The notes below the pieces were generated by a model. That model was not told where the DNA came from and made no database searches. It saw only the letters and a program-made list of their open reading frames with translations. Position numbers and translations under genes: made by a program. Below are positions 1 through 10,853 of a stretch of DNA of 64,000 nt, one piece after another. Source of the DNA: an uncultured Alphaproteobacteria bacterium (GTDB lineage Bacteria > Pseudomonadota > Alphaproteobacteria > UBA11222); NCBI GenBank assembly GCA_947085465.1, contig CAMTWQ010000011.1, positions 18,703-82,702 of the forward strand. Direction: 5' to 3'. Numbering within the stretch: the first letter of the stretch is position 1; the number at the start of each line of letters is the position of its first letter.

Positions 1-1169
1 AAAGCTCGGATTGGGGCGCGGTGGGCGCCGGCGGCGGCAGTTTCGATGGCGGCGAATATAATTTGGAGGATCATGCAACCGCCGAACTTAGTCTGCGCGA
101 TCATCTTTTGGCGCAACTGCACCTTAGTGTGGCCGATCCGCGCCAGCGGCTGATTGGCGCGCAATTGATCGACGCCGCCGATGATGCGGGCTATATGCGC
201 GAGCCGCTCAATCTGATTGCGGCCCGGGTTGGGTGCGCCATGGAAGAAGCCACAGCAGTGCTGGAGATTGTGCAGGGCTTTGAACCCACGGGCGTTATGG
301 CGCGCGATTTGGCCGAGTGCCTGGCGCTGCAACTGCAAGAGCGCAACCGGCTTGACCCGATGATGCGCGTATTGCTCGAAAACCTGGCGATGCTGGCGCG
401 CCATGACCATGACGGGCTGATGAAGATATGCGGCGCCGATGCCGAAGATATCGCCGGCATGATTGCGGAAATCCGTGCGCTCAACCCTAAACCGGGGCTG
501 GCGTTTGGCGGCGGCCCAGCACAGCCGGTGGTGCCCGATGTGTTTGTCCGCCGGGCGCAGGACGGAAGCTGGATGGTGGAATTAAACAGCGCTACGTTGC
601 CAAAGGTGCTGGTGAACACGGCTTACTGCACCCGAGTAGTGCGCCAGCAGATCAAACCGGCAGATCGCGTATTCATTTCCGAGCAATTAAGCAACGCTAA
701 TTGGCTGGTGAAAAGTCTTGAGCAGCGCGCCCGCACAATTCTGAAGGTTTCAGCCGAACTGGTGCGCCAGCAGGAAGGATTTCTCACCCATGGCGTTGGA
801 AATCTGAAACCACTCAATCTGCGCACCATTGCCGATGCGATCGAGATACACGAATCAACGGTTAGCCGCGTGACCGCCAATAAATATATCGCAACCCCGC
901 GCGGTATTTACGAAATGAAGTATTTCTTTACTGCCGCTATTTCCGCCACCCTGGGCGGGGATGCGCATTCAGCAGAATCAGTGCGGCACAAAATTAAGGC
1001 GCTGATTGACGCCGAGCCGCATCACAAAGTGCTTTCCGACGACAAGATTGTCGATATATTGCTTAAGGATGGCGTCGATATCGCGCGGCGCACGGTTGCC
1101 AAATACCGTGAAGCGATGCGGATACCTTCCTCGGTCGAGCGGCGCCGGGCAAAACGGCTTACGGCTTAA
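1..1169 (+). CDS. rpoN: RNA polymerase sigma-54 factor RpoN, C-terminal part (5' end lies outside the window)
   Basis: The reading frame is open to base 1. The C-terminal DNA-binding region carries the RpoN box (ARRTVAKYREAMRIPSS). ptsN follows directly. Confidence 0.95.
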   Translation, partial: SSDWGAVGAGGGSFDGGEYNLEDHATAELSLRDHLLAQLHLSVADPRQRLIGAQLIDAADDAGYMREPLNLIAARVGCAMEEATAVLEIVQGFEPTGVMARDLAECLALQLQERNRLDPMMRVLLENLAMLARHDHDGLMKICGADAEDIAGMIAEIRALNPKPGLAFGGGPAQPVVPDVFVRRAQDGSWMVELNSATLPKVLVNTAYCTRVVRQQIKPADRVFISEQLSNANWLVKSLEQRARTILKVSAELVRQQEGFLTHGVGNLKPLNLRTIADAIEIHESTVSRVTANKYIATPRGIYEMKYFFTAAISATLGGDAHSAESVRHKIKALIDAEPHHKVLSDDKIVDILLKDGVDIARRTVAKYREAMRIPSSVERRRAKRLTA

Positions 1170-1284
1170 AATATTGACTGGATTAAAGGATATGTTGAAG
1201 GCCGCAGCCAACCTGCATCCTTGTTGACAGGGGCGGCGGGCCCGAACTAAGGTCCGCGCCAGATCATACAAGGGGCATTATTTT

Positions 1285-1758
1285 ATGGAAGTTGCCGACT
1301 TGCTTAGCCCGGAAGCGGTTATCGCCAGCTTGCGCGCCAAAAGCAAAAAACAGGCGCTACAGGATTTAAGCGCCGCCGCAGCAAAGCATTGTGATATTGG
1401 CTCACCGCAAATACTTGAGAAATTGTTGCAACGTGAACGGCTTGGCACTACCGGCGTTGGACAGGGCGTAGCTATCCCGCATGCGAAGTTTGCGCAGGCG
1501 GAACGCATTTTCGGCGTTTTTGCACGGCTTGAATCGCCTATTGATTTTGAATCGATTGACGATCAGCCGGTTGATCTGATTTTTATGCTGGTTGCGCCAG
1601 AGGCGGCGGGCGCGGAGCATCTGCGCGCGCTGGCGCGCGTTTCGCGCATGCTGCGCAACAAGGATTTTTGCGCAAAATTGCGCGGCTCGCGAGATGCGGC
1701 CGCGCTGTATTCGCTGTTGACGGAGCCGGCCGAGCCCAGCGCCTCGTCGGCTGCTTAA
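1285..1758 (+). CDS. ptsN: PTS EIIA-Ntr nitrogen regulatory protein PtsN
   Basis: 157-aa ORF with the EIIA-type phospho-His context (TTGVGQGVAIPHAKF). It sits immediately downstream of rpoN. Confidence 0.9.
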   Translation: MEVADLLSPEAVIASLRAKSKKQALQDLSAAAAKHCDIGSPQILEKLLQRERLGTTGVGQGVAIPHAKFAQAERIFGVFARLESPIDFESIDDQPVDLIFMLVAPEAAGAEHLRALARVSRMLRNKDFCAKLRGSRDAAALYSLLTEPAEPSASSAA

Positions 1759-2672
1759 GCTGCAACCGTTTTTAATTCACTTGCCAGGAATTGCAGAGTC
1801 AGATCCCGGTCGCCAACGCCCAACAGCGTGCAGTTGAGATCAGTAACGCCGATGTCGCGCAAGCGGCGGATGGAGGCGCTGATTTCTTTTTCCGTGCCGA
1901 CACAGGCAATATCGGACGGGTTTTGCGCGCCTTCCCGGTCCAGCATGGCGCGGTACGACGGCAGCGTACCGTACATTTTCAGACCGCGGTCAAGGCGCTC
2001 AACGACCGCCGCCTTATCGGGAACGAGGGCAAACGGCATGCCGGCCACAATGCGCGGTGCGGGTTTGCCGGCTTCTTTTGCGGCCTTGGAGATTTTTGGA
2101 ATAATGTGCGTCTCCAACGTTTTCGGCCCGGTCATCCAGGTGATGGTGCCATCCGCATATGTGCCCGCGAGCTTCAGCATGATATCGCCAAGTGCGGCCA
2201 CCACCAGCGGCACGCCTTTTGATTCCGCCACGCTGATCTGCGCATTGGTCTTGTAAAGCGCGCCCTCGAACTTCACTTTTTCATTGCGCAGTAATGGCGA
2301 CAGGATTTGCAGATATTCGCGCATGTGCCGCGCTGGTTTGTCGAATGACATGCCGAGCGCGCCTTCGATAATCGGCTTGTGCGACAGGCCGATGCCAAGA
2401 ATAAACCGCCCGCCGGATGCGGCCTGGGCGGTTGCGGCCTCCTGCGCCATGGTCAGCGGGTGGCGCGGATAGGTTGGCACAACCGCAGTGCCCAGTTTGA
2501 TGCGTTTGGTCTCGCGCCCGATCAGCGCCATGGACATGATGGCGTCAAGGCCGAACATATTGGCGATCCACAGGCTGTCGAAGCCCATGGCCTCGACGCG
2601 CTTGGCCTGCGCGATCAAACCGTCGATGGTGGCTTCCGGGCCGATCCCTGCTGTATTGATGCCTATTTTCAT
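1755..2672 (-). CDS. LLM-class (luciferase-like) flavin/F420-dependent oxidoreductase
   Basis: 305 aa with a luciferase-like monooxygenase pattern (MKIGINTAG, GFDSLWIANMFGLD, GRFILGIGLSH). Confidence 0.8.
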   Translation of the reverse strand: MKIGINTAGIGPEATIDGLIAQAKRVEAMGFDSLWIANMFGLDAIMSMALIGRETKRIKLGTAVVPTYPRHPLTMAQEAATAQAASGGRFILGIGLSHKPIIEGALGMSFDKPARHMREYLQILSPLLRNEKVKFEGALYKTNAQISVAESKGVPLVVAALGDIMLKLAGTYADGTITWMTGPKTLETHIIPKISKAAKEAGKPAPRIVAGMPFALVPDKAAVVERLDRGLKMYGTLPSYRAMLDREGAQNPSDIACVGTEKEISASIRRLRDIGVTDLNCTLLGVGDRDLTLQFLASELKTVAA

Positions 2673-2720
2673 TGTTTGCTTCCTCGCTGTTGGTTTTGGG
2701 CTGTTGGTTTTGTCCAGTTG

Positions 2721-3473
2721 TTATTTCCGGCTATTGGCCCGCTCGCGCACTGCCGCGCCAAAGGCCCGGAAAATCGCCGCATAGGCTGGGTTGGCCCTGA
2801 CCCGCCATTCCGGATGCCACTGTACCCCAAGCGCAAAGCCCGGCGCACCCTCAATCGACACCGCCTCGATCGTGCCGTCGGGCGCCACCGCCTCCACCCG
2901 CAAATCCGGAGCCAGCCGGTCAATGCCCTGGGAATGCACGGAATTCACCTGAAACTTGGCTGCGCCGATGATGCGGCCAAGCTTGGTCTCCGCCAGCACG
3001 GTAATGTCATGCGCCGGTTCATATTGCGCGTCCGGCGGCGCGCTGGCGTCCGCCCGGTGATTATGCCGGCCGGGCAACTCATGCACAAATTGATGCAGGG
3101 TGCCGCCATAGGCGACATTCATTTCCTGCATCCCCCGGCAAACGGCCAGCAATGGCGTGCCGCTGGATACGGTGGCGCGGATCAATGGCAAGGCTGTTGC
3201 GTCGCGCTGCGGATCCGCCGCATTGCCAGGGCGCGGCGGGGTTCCCCCGTACAGACCCGGGCTGACATTTGAGCGCGAACCAGGCAGGAAAATTCCATCA
3301 ACAGCGTTGAGTATCTGCTCGATGTCAAGCGGTTCGCGGGTAACCGGAATAAGCAATGGCAGCGCGCCTGTAATGTCACGCACCGCGTCGATGTATTTCT
3401 CGCCCACAGCATGGAACGGTAAATTTCCGATCATCTTCAAATCGCATGGCATGCCAACAATTAACGGACGCAT
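2721..3473 (-). CDS. Class-I glutamine amidotransferase / peptidase C26 (gamma-glutamyl-GABA hydrolase-like)
   Basis: 250 aa. The nucleophile-Cys motif LLAVCRGMQEMN and the C-terminal GVQWHPEW are typical of the PuuD/C26 family. Confidence 0.8.
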   Translation of the reverse strand: MRPLIVGMPCDLKMIGNLPFHAVGEKYIDAVRDITGALPLLIPVTREPLDIEQILNAVDGIFLPGSRSNVSPGLYGGTPPRPGNAADPQRDATALPLIRATVSSGTPLLAVCRGMQEMNVAYGGTLHQFVHELPGRHNHRADASAPPDAQYEPAHDITVLAETKLGRIIGAAKFQVNSVHSQGIDRLAPDLRVEAVAPDGTIEAVSIEGAPGFALGVQWHPEWRVRANPAYAAIFRAFGAAVRERANSRK

Positions 3474-3494
3474 GGTTTACTCCGTATACAGCTC

Positions 3495-4448
3495 TTATGA
3501 CTTGTTCAATGTTATCCGGCGCTCAATGGCGTCCCAGATCAGCACCGCGATATCCTGCCCGCCAAAGCGCTTGATTTCCTGAATGCCTGTAGGCGAGGTG
3601 ACGTTGATTTCCGTCAGATAATCGCCGATCACGTCAATGCCGACGAATATCAGCCCGCTGTCACGCAGGCGCGGCCCGATGGCGGCGCAAATTTCCAGAT
3701 CGCGCCGGCTTAGCGCCACCGCCTCCGGCCGTCCGCCCACATGCATGTTAGAGCGGGTTTCGCCAATCGCCGGAATTCTGTTGATGGCGCCGGCCGGTTC
3801 ACCGTCCACCAGGATAATGCGTTTGTCGCCCTGGCGCACTTGCGGCAGATAGCGCTGCACGATCATCGGTTCGCGGTAAAATTTTGTGAACACGTCGATA
3901 AGTGAATTCATATTCTCATCGCCGGGACGCAGCCGGAACACGCCCTCGCCGCCATTGCCATATAGCGGTTTAAGAATAATATCCTGATATTTCTCGCGGA
4001 ACGCCGCAACCTCCAATGGGTCAGGCGTGATCAGGGTTTCCGGCATCAATTCTGGAAAATTGGTGACCAACAATTTTTCCGGCGCGTTGCGCACCTGACC
4101 CGGATCATTGACCACCAATGTCTTTGGATGAATGTGCTGCAAAATATGCGTAGCCGTAATATAGCGCATGTCGAATGGGGGATCCTGGCGCATCAAAACC
4201 GTATCGAATTCAGCCAGTTCAACAACCTCCATTGCCCCCAGGGAAAAATGATTGCCTTTTTCAGGCCGCACGCTGAGCGCATGCCCCTTGGCGATCACCT
4301 TGCTCTCGCGCAGGCTGAGCTTGTCTGGCGTGTAGTAAAACAGCGAATGCCCGCGCGCCTGCGCCTCCATCGCCAGCGCGAACGTGCTGTCGCCCGCGAT
4401 ATCGATTCCGGCAATTGGGTCCATCTGTATGGCGGTTTTTAGCCGCAT
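3495..4448 (-). CDS. gshB: Glutathione synthetase
   Basis: 317 aa. It has the prokaryotic GSH synthetase N-domain ([28 protein letters not shown]) and an ATP-grasp C-domain (EINVTSPTG). Confidence 0.93.
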   Translation of the reverse strand: MRLKTAIQMDPIAGIDIAGDSTFALAMEAQARGHSLFYYTPDKLSLRESKVIAKGHALSVRPEKGNHFSLGAMEVVELAEFDTVLMRQDPPFDMRYITATHILQHIHPKTLVVNDPGQVRNAPEKLLVTNFPELMPETLITPDPLEVAAFREKYQDIILKPLYGNGGEGVFRLRPGDENMNSLIDVFTKFYREPMIVQRYLPQVRQGDKRIILVDGEPAGAINRIPAIGETRSNMHVGGRPEAVALSRRDLEICAAIGPRLRDSGLIFVGIDVIGDYLTEINVTSPTGIQEIKRFGGQDIAVLIWDAIERRITLNKS

Positions 4449-4485
4449 TGGCGCGCCTCTTTTATCTGTCCACGCAATAATGCGT

Positions 4486-5343
4486 TTAGTTCAGAAATGT
4501 CCGCAGTTTGGCGATTGCGTCATCGGCAAATTTTCGCAGGCGCGGATCGTCCGCCTGTTCACGGCAGTTTTCCATCGCCTCCATCGCCTTGCGGAATGTT
4601 CCCTTGCGCGCCAGGGTCAGGCCGTAATCGTGCCATAGCTCGGCTGAATTTGGCGCGATCATCAGCATACGGTGCATAATTTCGCTGGCCCTCGCCAAAT
4701 CCTGCGCGGCAACAGCGCGGCCCCTTATATTGTTCAGCAGGCGCATCAGTAAATTGCGGTTGCTGACCGGTTGGGTATGCTCAGGCTTTAGTTCCACCTC
4801 ATTGCCGCCAAAATATTTTAATAGCTCGCGCAGGCCGTTCGCCTCCACTACTTTTCCGCCATTGAACGGGTCAAGGATGCGCCGGGCTTGCCCATGCCCT
4901 AGCCGGATCAGAAAATGCGCCGGAAAATTAAGCCCGGAACAGTCCCAGCCCAATCCTCGCGCCGTGACGATATAGATAATGCCAAGCGCCACCGGCAGGC
5001 CTTTACGGCGGTCGATGACATGCATCAGGTTGGCGTTGCGCATATCTTCATAGGCGCCGGTGTCGCCCGCATAGCCAAATGTCTCGCCTATTACGCTGGT
5101 AAGGGCTTGGGCGCGCGCTTCAAGATTGCCGGGGTCCACACAGGCGGTCAGCACCGCGCGTTGCAATTCCAGCAAATGTTCCTGATACGGGGCCAGCGTC
5201 TGGCCGGGGCAATCGATGGCCGCCAACGCCAGCGCTACGGCGCCGGGATCAATAGCCTCGTCCGCCGCTTGTCCCGCTGCGCGAAGCACTTCCGCGTGCG
5301 CCGCATTTGCAGGCGCGTCTACTTCCTGCCCATTATCGTTCAT
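4486..5343 (-). CDS. SirB1-like transglutaminase-like/TPR protein
   Basis: 285 aa. The core [34 protein letters not shown] ... ILDPFNGG is followed by a TPR-like C-terminus. Confidence 0.6.
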   Translation of the reverse strand: MNDNGQEVDAPANAAHAEVLRAAGQAADEAIDPGAVALALAAIDCPGQTLAPYQEHLLELQRAVLTACVDPGNLEARAQALTSVIGETFGYAGDTGAYEDMRNANLMHVIDRRKGLPVALGIIYIVTARGLGWDCSGLNFPAHFLIRLGHGQARRILDPFNGGKVVEANGLRELLKYFGGNEVELKPEHTQPVSNRNLLMRLLNNIRGRAVAAQDLARASEIMHRMLMIAPNSAELWHDYGLTLARKGTFRKAMEAMENCREQADDPRLRKFADDAIAKLRTFLN

Positions 5344-5410
5344 GGCGTTAGTCTAGCGCATTTTCCGGCCAGATAGAACCCATAGCTTCAATCCGGCCGG
5401 TCAGACTGGT

Positions 5411-6493
5411 CTATAGCTGTTTCGCCACCGCATCGCAAAATTCGGTGGTGCTGGCCTTGCCGCCCTGATCGGGCGTGAGGTGTTTGCCCTCGGCGTATAC
5501 CCGCTCCACCGCCTTCACCAGGCGTGCCGCTTGTTCATTCATTCCCAGATGTTCAAGCATCATGGCGGCGGAGAAAATTGTCGCCGTCGGATTGATGATG
5601 TTCTGGCCGGCAATGTCGGGGGCCGAGCCATGCGCGGATTCAAAATACGCATAGTCCTTGCCATAACACCCACTGGGGCAAAGGCCAAGCCCGCCAATCA
5701 CACCACCCGCCGCATCGGAAAACAAATCCCCATACAGATTGGGCAACACAATCACATCAAACGCATGTGGCTTCACAATCAGCTTGTGCACCATATCGTC
5801 GGCCAGCAGTGAGTCGAATAAAACGTCGGGATATTTTTTCGCGGTCTCGCGCGCCACTTCCAGAAAATAGCCATCGGCAATGGGTGAAATATTATGCTTG
5901 GTGCCGCTGGTGACGTGCGGGCGTTTGCCGCTAACCGCTGCGCGCTTTAGCGCCAACTCGCAGGCAAACGCCGTGATCTGCTGGGTGCACGCCTCGGTGA
6001 TCACTTTCAGCGCATATTTGCCCTTGCCCATTTCCTGAACTGGCTTGCGGTGCAGGCGGCTGATGAAATTGATCGGCGCCAGATCGGTGAGATCGCCCTC
6101 GACCCCCACATAGGTGTCTTCCATGTTCTCGCGTACGATGACGAGATCAATGCCCTGCGGATTTTTCAGCGGGCTGTTGCAGCCAGGAAACCAGCGCGCC
6201 GGGCGCACATTGGCGTAGGTTTTTTTGCCCCAGCGCAGATAGCGCATGGCGCGTCCGCTGGTCCCATTGGTGGAGCCGAACAGGGTGGCGTCGGCGGCGT
6301 CAATCGCCGCTTGGGCCTCGGGCGGGAACGGGTCGCCGTTTTTCTTGATGCCCGCCTCGCCAATCGGCGGCGTGTTCCAATCTATGGGAACATCGAGCCG
6401 GTCGATCAGCGCCACCGTAGGATGAAACGCCTCAGGCGCCGCATCTTCACCGGGGATAAGCACGACCTTTTTGGTATTGCTTGTATTCGCCAT
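5411..6493 (-). CDS. Isocitrate/isopropylmalate dehydrogenase-family oxidative decarboxylase (tartrate-DH/IPMDH-like)
   Basis: 360 aa with the family signature NLYGDLFSDAAGGVIGGLGLCPSG. Confidence 0.85.
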   Translation of the reverse strand: MANTSNTKKVVLIPGEDAAPEAFHPTVALIDRLDVPIDWNTPPIGEAGIKKNGDPFPPEAQAAIDAADATLFGSTNGTSGRAMRYLRWGKKTYANVRPARWFPGCNSPLKNPQGIDLVIVRENMEDTYVGVEGDLTDLAPINFISRLHRKPVQEMGKGKYALKVITEACTQQITAFACELALKRAAVSGKRPHVTSGTKHNISPIADGYFLEVARETAKKYPDVLFDSLLADDMVHKLIVKPHAFDVIVLPNLYGDLFSDAAGGVIGGLGLCPSGCYGKDYAYFESAHGSAPDIAGQNIINPTATIFSAAMMLEHLGMNEQAARLVKAVERVYAEGKHLTPDQGGKASTTEFCDAVAKQL

Positions 6494-6516
6494 GTGTCTG
6501 TTTCCTTACCCGGCAA

Positions 6517-7638
6517 TCAGGCCGTGAGATTAAAAGCGCGCACCGCATTGTCCCACAGGATTTTGCGCTTTGCCTGTTGCGAGATCGGCTGATCGACAAG
6601 GCTTTTCATGCCCCAGGGGAAGGTGCCATCCGGGTGCGGATAATCGGTGTTGAACAGGAAATAATCCTCGCCCACCAGATCAATGGCAGCACCCAGCGTG
6701 CGTTCATCACCGCGCGCCGCGACAAAGAAATTCTGTTTGAAATATTCTGTCGGCGTCTTGTGCATGTGGGGATGTTCGGCCTTGCCGGAAAAATCATAAT
6801 GCTGCTCCATGCGTTGCAGCCAGTACGGGGCCCAGCCGGCGTCCGCCTCCACATGCACAATGCGCAGTTTGGGAAAATGTTCGGCGACGCCAAACCAGAT
6901 CAGCCCCGCCATCGCCGACATCGCCTCGAACGGGTGCGACAGAATATGCCCGGAGGTATGCGATTCCATGCGGTCGCCAAAGGATGGCAGGCGCGGGCTG
7001 CCGCTGTCATGCAGGCTGAGCGGCATGTTCAGCTTTTCCACCACGGCCCACAGTGGCCAATTGTCCTGATGATGCAGGCCACGGCCACAGATCGGATTGG
7101 GCCGCACATAAAATGACACGGCGCCGCGTGACGCTGCGCGCTTGGCTTCCTCAATCGCCAGATCGGTTGCCTGTAGCGGCAGCATCGCCGCCCAGCGCAG
7201 CCGCTTGGCGTCCTTGGAGCAATACTCCCTGCTCCAGTCATTATAGGCGCGGCAGATCGCGGCCAGCAGTTCAGGATCCTTGAATTGCCGGCCCAGGATT
7301 TGCCCGCCGATGGTTGGATACATGACCTGGATATCGACGCCCTCTTCGTCCATGTCCTGGATGCGGCTTTCCGGGCTGAATTTGGTGTCGCGGGCGCGCT
7401 TGAAGCGGCGCATGGCCTTGTTCACCGCATCGATGAATTCCGGCGCATTCATCGGGTAATGGCCTTCTTCCTCGGGCGGTGTCAGCGATTCGCCTTCCAC
7501 GCACATCTGGGTGCGGCCATTAAATTCCGCAGGCTTTGGCTCGCGCCCCTTGAAAGGGGCATCGATATAGTCCGACCACACGGACTGGTTTTCCATCTGG
7601 TGGCAATCGGTATCGATGATCTTGTACCCATCACGCAT
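6517..7638 (-). CDS. Amidohydrolase-2 family protein (ACMSD-like metal-dependent hydrolase/decarboxylase)
   Basis: The N-terminus has IIDTDCH and the C-terminus has FNTDYPHPDG. I prefer the ATG at 7638 (GGGAG 9 nt upstream) over the TTG at 7653 used by the ORF track. Confidence 0.8.
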   Translation of the reverse strand: MRDGYKIIDTDCHQMENQSVWSDYIDAPFKGREPKPAEFNGRTQMCVEGESLTPPEEEGHYPMNAPEFIDAVNKAMRRFKRARDTKFSPESRIQDMDEEGVDIQVMYPTIGGQILGRQFKDPELLAAICRAYNDWSREYCSKDAKRLRWAAMLPLQATDLAIEEAKRAASRGAVSFYVRPNPICGRGLHHQDNWPLWAVVEKLNMPLSLHDSGSPRLPSFGDRMESHTSGHILSHPFEAMSAMAGLIWFGVAEHFPKLRIVHVEADAGWAPYWLQRMEQHYDFSGKAEHPHMHKTPTEYFKQNFFVAARGDERTLGAAIDLVGEDYFLFNTDYPHPDGTFPWGMKSLVDQPISQQAKRKILWDNAVRAFNLTA

Positions 7639-7760
7639 GGCGCTCACTCCCAATGTCAGTTATTCTTGTTAACCGCCATTTCATAGGTACAGCATAATTC
7701 TGTCAAGCTCGGCGGCGGGGCGCTATTACATCCGGCAGTAATTGGGTTATTGGGGGGAGC

Positions 7761-8483
7761 ATGGTTGACAGTGTCTTGGCGCTTAAAGAGAAGTATTTTG
7801 GCGGGGAGAAGCATCCAAACACTATTTTTGAGGATAGGGTGCTCCAGCTACTGCGCCCGGACCATACGGTCCTTGATATTGGCTGTGGCAGGACCGCCCC
7901 CAATCTTCGTCACATGCGTGGAAAAGCGGCACGGCTTATTGGCGTCGAGCTGGTGGAATTTACCCCCGAAACCAAAGCGCTTCCGGAGTTGGAACTTTAT
8001 ATCAATGACATGGCGAACCTTAAAGATATTGCGGACGCCAGCATCGATCTGGCCTACTGCCGCGCTGTGATGGAGCATATTGATCAGCCGCTGGCATGCT
8101 ATAGAGAAATGCGCCGAGTGCTGAAACCTGGCGGCAGGTTTGTTTTTTTGACCGCGAATATCTGGGACTACGCCTCGATTATAGCCATGCTGGTCCCTAA
8201 TGCGCTACATCCAATCATCGTGAACCGGACCGAGGGCCGCGAGATGGAAGATACGTTCCCGACACGTTACCGCACCAACAGCCGCCGGAAAATTGCCAGG
8301 CATTGCGCCGATAGCGGGCTATCAATTGAGCAGTTCGAATTTCTTGGCCAATATCCAAATTATTTTATGTTTAACCGTTATGCGTTTTTGCTCGGTTCAA
8401 AATATGAACTTTTCCTGCGCCGTCACGCATCTTTGCATTGGCTGCGTGGTTGGATATTGGCAGTGGTCATCAAACCGGCTTAA
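7761..8483 (+). CDS. Class I SAM-dependent methyltransferase
   Basis: 240 aa with motif I VLDIGCGRT and the post-I/II motif LKPGGRFVFLT. Confidence 0.8.
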   Translation: MVDSVLALKEKYFGGEKHPNTIFEDRVLQLLRPDHTVLDIGCGRTAPNLRHMRGKAARLIGVELVEFTPETKALPELELYINDMANLKDIADASIDLAYCRAVMEHIDQPLACYREMRRVLKPGGRFVFLTANIWDYASIIAMLVPNALHPIIVNRTEGREMEDTFPTRYRTNSRRKIARHCADSGLSIEQFEFLGQYPNYFMFNRYAFLLGSKYELFLRRHASLHWLRGWILAVVIKPA

Positions 8484-8521
8484 GCTGTCTTCTGCACTCG
8501 TTCGACTGGAGGATAACTAAC

Positions 8522-9412
8522 ATGGCGCACAAAACCTGGCTCGAAGTTGCGGTAAATGGTCCCTGGGGCAAGCGCCGGCAGGCGAAACTGCCGGTTACGG
8601 TTGAGGAAATCGTCAGCGACGCAGCCGCCTGCGTCAAGGCTGGCGCGGCGATCATCCATTTTCACTCCTATGATGTGAAAACCGGTCGCCAAAAGGATGA
8701 TCCGGAACTGTACGCAGCGATTGTCGCCGGCATCCGGGAAAGATGCGACGCCATTGTCTATCCGACCCTGCCGGACGATAACAGCAAGGACATTGATGGC
8801 TCGACGGGGGTAGAGGCCCGCTTCGCGGCGCTGAAAGGGCTGGCGGACCGGGGATTGTGCGAATGGGGCGCGCTGGATCCCGGCTCGATGAATTTTGCGC
8901 ATGAGCGGGATCTGAAAGCAGGGCGCGATGGATTTTTATACGCCAATACGGCGGCGCATGTGCGCGCTGGGCTGCGCATTTCCGCCGAACATGGCGTGCC
9001 GATGGCTTATGCCTGTTATGAACCGGGCTTTATCCGCATGGGCGCGCGGCTTGCCGCCGAACAGCCCGGCGCCGGGCAGCCGATCTACCGGCTGATGTTC
9101 AGCGATCATTTCACCTTCAGCTATCCGCCGCGTGAGTATGCCCTAACCGCGTTCCATGAACTTCTGAAAGAAGAAGCGCCCAATGCGCCCTGGATGATCG
9201 CCGGTCTGGATGTGGATTTAATGCCGATCCTGGCGCAGGCGGTGCGCCTGGGCGGTCATGTGCGCGTTGGCCTGGAGGACGCGCGCCATGGCAGCACCCA
9301 GACCAACCTTGAAATCACCGAGGCGGCGGTGAAGGCTATTAAAGCGGCGGGTGGCGCGCTCGCTACCCCCAATGAGGTCCGCGCAACCCTTAAGGCGGCG
9401 CGGATGAACTAA
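8522..9412 (+). CDS. 3-keto-5-aminohexanoate cleavage enzyme family (BKACE/DUF849)
   Basis: The N-terminus WLEVAVNGPWGK ... VTVEEIVSDAAACVKAGAAIIHFH is typical of BKACE. The internal ATG at 8522 avoids overlap with the upstream methyltransferase. Confidence 0.8.
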   Translation: MAHKTWLEVAVNGPWGKRRQAKLPVTVEEIVSDAAACVKAGAAIIHFHSYDVKTGRQKDDPELYAAIVAGIRERCDAIVYPTLPDDNSKDIDGSTGVEARFAALKGLADRGLCEWGALDPGSMNFAHERDLKAGRDGFLYANTAAHVRAGLRISAEHGVPMAYACYEPGFIRMGARLAAEQPGAGQPIYRLMFSDHFTFSYPPREYALTAFHELLKEEAPNAPWMIAGLDVDLMPILAQAVRLGGHVRVGLEDARHGSTQTNLEITEAAVKAIKAAGGALATPNEVRATLKAARMN

Positions 9413-9435
9413 TACCAACCGCCAAAACAAGGTTT

Positions 9436-9573
9436 TTAGAGCAGCCCACGATTAAGTGGAGTAACGAAGTGACCCCACTTAATCGCGGATTGCTGCTCTA
9501 ACACATTAAAATCTAGAGCAATTTTCTTTATTAGGTTCGAGCCTCATGGCTCGAACTTAATGCAGATTGCTCT
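9436..9573. repeat. Composite hairpin repeat, modules A + B joined by an ACACATTAAAATC linker
   Basis: Module A reads tagagcagcccacgattaagtgg...ccacttaatcgcggattgctgctcta. Module B reads tagagcaat...ttaggttcgagcc-tcat-ggctcgaacttaa...attgctcta. A near-identical copy lies at 38583-38720. Coordinates near the right end may be off by 1 nt. Confidence 0.9.
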
Positions 9574-9583
9574 AGAAGCGCCT

Positions 9584-10750
9584 TTAATAGGACTTCGGCA
9601 GGCCAAGCACTTGCTCGCCGACAAAGTTCAGTATCATTTCGCGGCTCACCGGGGCGATGCGTGAGATCATGATCTCGCGGAAATAGCGTTCGACGTGAAA
9701 CTCTTTCGCATAGCCCATGCCGCCAAGCGTCAGCACCGCCTGTTCGCAGGCGCGGTAACCTGCTTCGGAAGCAAGATATTTAGCGCTGTTGGCTTCCGCG
9801 CCGCACGGCAGGCCGGCGTCATAGAGCGCCGCCGCCTTGAACGCCATTAGGTTCGCCGCCTCAAGGTCCATCCAGCATTTGGCGAGCGGATGTTGAATGC
9901 CCTGGTTCTGGCCAATCGGGCGGTCAAACACCACCCGCTCCTTGGCGTATTGCACGGCGCGGTTTAGCGCCAGGCGGCCAAGCCCGACCGCTTCGGCAGC
10001 GATCAGCACCCGCTCGGGATTCAAGCCGTGCAGTAGATATTTAAAGCCCTTGCCCTCTTCGCCGATGAGATGTTCCGGCGGCACCGGCAGATCGTCGATG
10101 AACACCGAATTTGAATCGACGCATTTGCGGCCCATTTTTTCGATCTCGGTCACCTCGACATAATCGCGGTCCAGATCCGTATAAAACAGGCTTAAGCCAT
10201 CGGCGGCCTTTTGACCTGGTTTTGGATCGCCGGTGCGCACAATCATCAATATCTTGTTCGCGGTCTGGGCGGTTGAGGTCCAGATTTTGCGGCCATTGAC
10301 AATGTATTGATTGCCGTTCCATTCGGCGCGTGTCTGCAACGCCGATGTATTGAGGCCGGAATTAGGCTCGGTAACGCCAAAACAGCTTCTGTCCTTGCCC
10401 GCGATCAGCGGTGGCAGAATGCGGCGTTTTTGCTCCTCGGAGCCGAAAACCACAATCGGGTTTGGGCCAAAAATGTTCATATGAATGGCCGACGCCCCGC
10501 TCTGCCCGGCGCCGGATTCCGCCACCGCCTGCATCATGATCGCCGCCTCGGTAACGCCCAGGCCGGAGCCGCCATATTCGGTGGGCATGGCGACGCCAAG
10601 CCAGCCGCCAGCCGCCATAGCGGCGGCGAATTCTTCGGGAAACCGGCCGTCATGATCGCGTTCCAGCCAATAGGCGTCGTCATATTTGGAGCATAGCTTC
10701 AAGACGTTGTCGCGGATCGCTTGCTGTTCCGGGGAGAAATCGAAATTCAT
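9584..10750 (-). CDS. Acyl-CoA dehydrogenase
   Basis: 388 aa with ACAD architecture (MNFDFSPEQQAIRD..., CFGVTEPNSGLNTS, C-terminal helical domain). Confidence 0.9.
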   Translation of the reverse strand: MNFDFSPEQQAIRDNVLKLCSKYDDAYWLERDHDGRFPEEFAAAMAAGGWLGVAMPTEYGGSGLGVTEAAIMMQAVAESGAGQSGASAIHMNIFGPNPIVVFGSEEQKRRILPPLIAGKDRSCFGVTEPNSGLNTSALQTRAEWNGNQYIVNGRKIWTSTAQTANKILMIVRTGDPKPGQKAADGLSLFYTDLDRDYVEVTEIEKMGRKCVDSNSVFIDDLPVPPEHLIGEEGKGFKYLLHGLNPERVLIAAEAVGLGRLALNRAVQYAKERVVFDRPIGQNQGIQHPLAKCWMDLEAANLMAFKAAALYDAGLPCGAEANSAKYLASEAGYRACEQAVLTLGGMGYAKEFHVERYFREIMISRIAPVSREMILNFVGEQVLGLPKSY

Positions 10751-10853
10751 GGCAGGTTCCCTGTTGTTTTGGCGTTTTATTGATGTCCCGCCCGGTTTTA
10801 CACTACCTGGAGGCTTGGCAAAATGATTATGATCGGAACAAGCATCTTGACGC

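Noticed and set aside
1170-1284. No hpf (ribosome hibernation factor) gene lies between rpoN and ptsN, although rpoN-hpf-ptsN is a common arrangement.
   Set aside because: The 116-bp gap has no ORF or remnant that I can see. Gene order varies among lineages, and hpf may simply be elsewhere, so this is not evidence of anything unusual.
9531-9560. A tRNA-like GGTTCGAGCC string (T-arm look-alike) inside module B, also present at 38680.
   Set aside because: It forms a 9-13-bp stem with a 4-nt loop as part of a simple long hairpin. There is no acceptor, D or anticodon arm, so it is not a tRNA or tRNA fragment.
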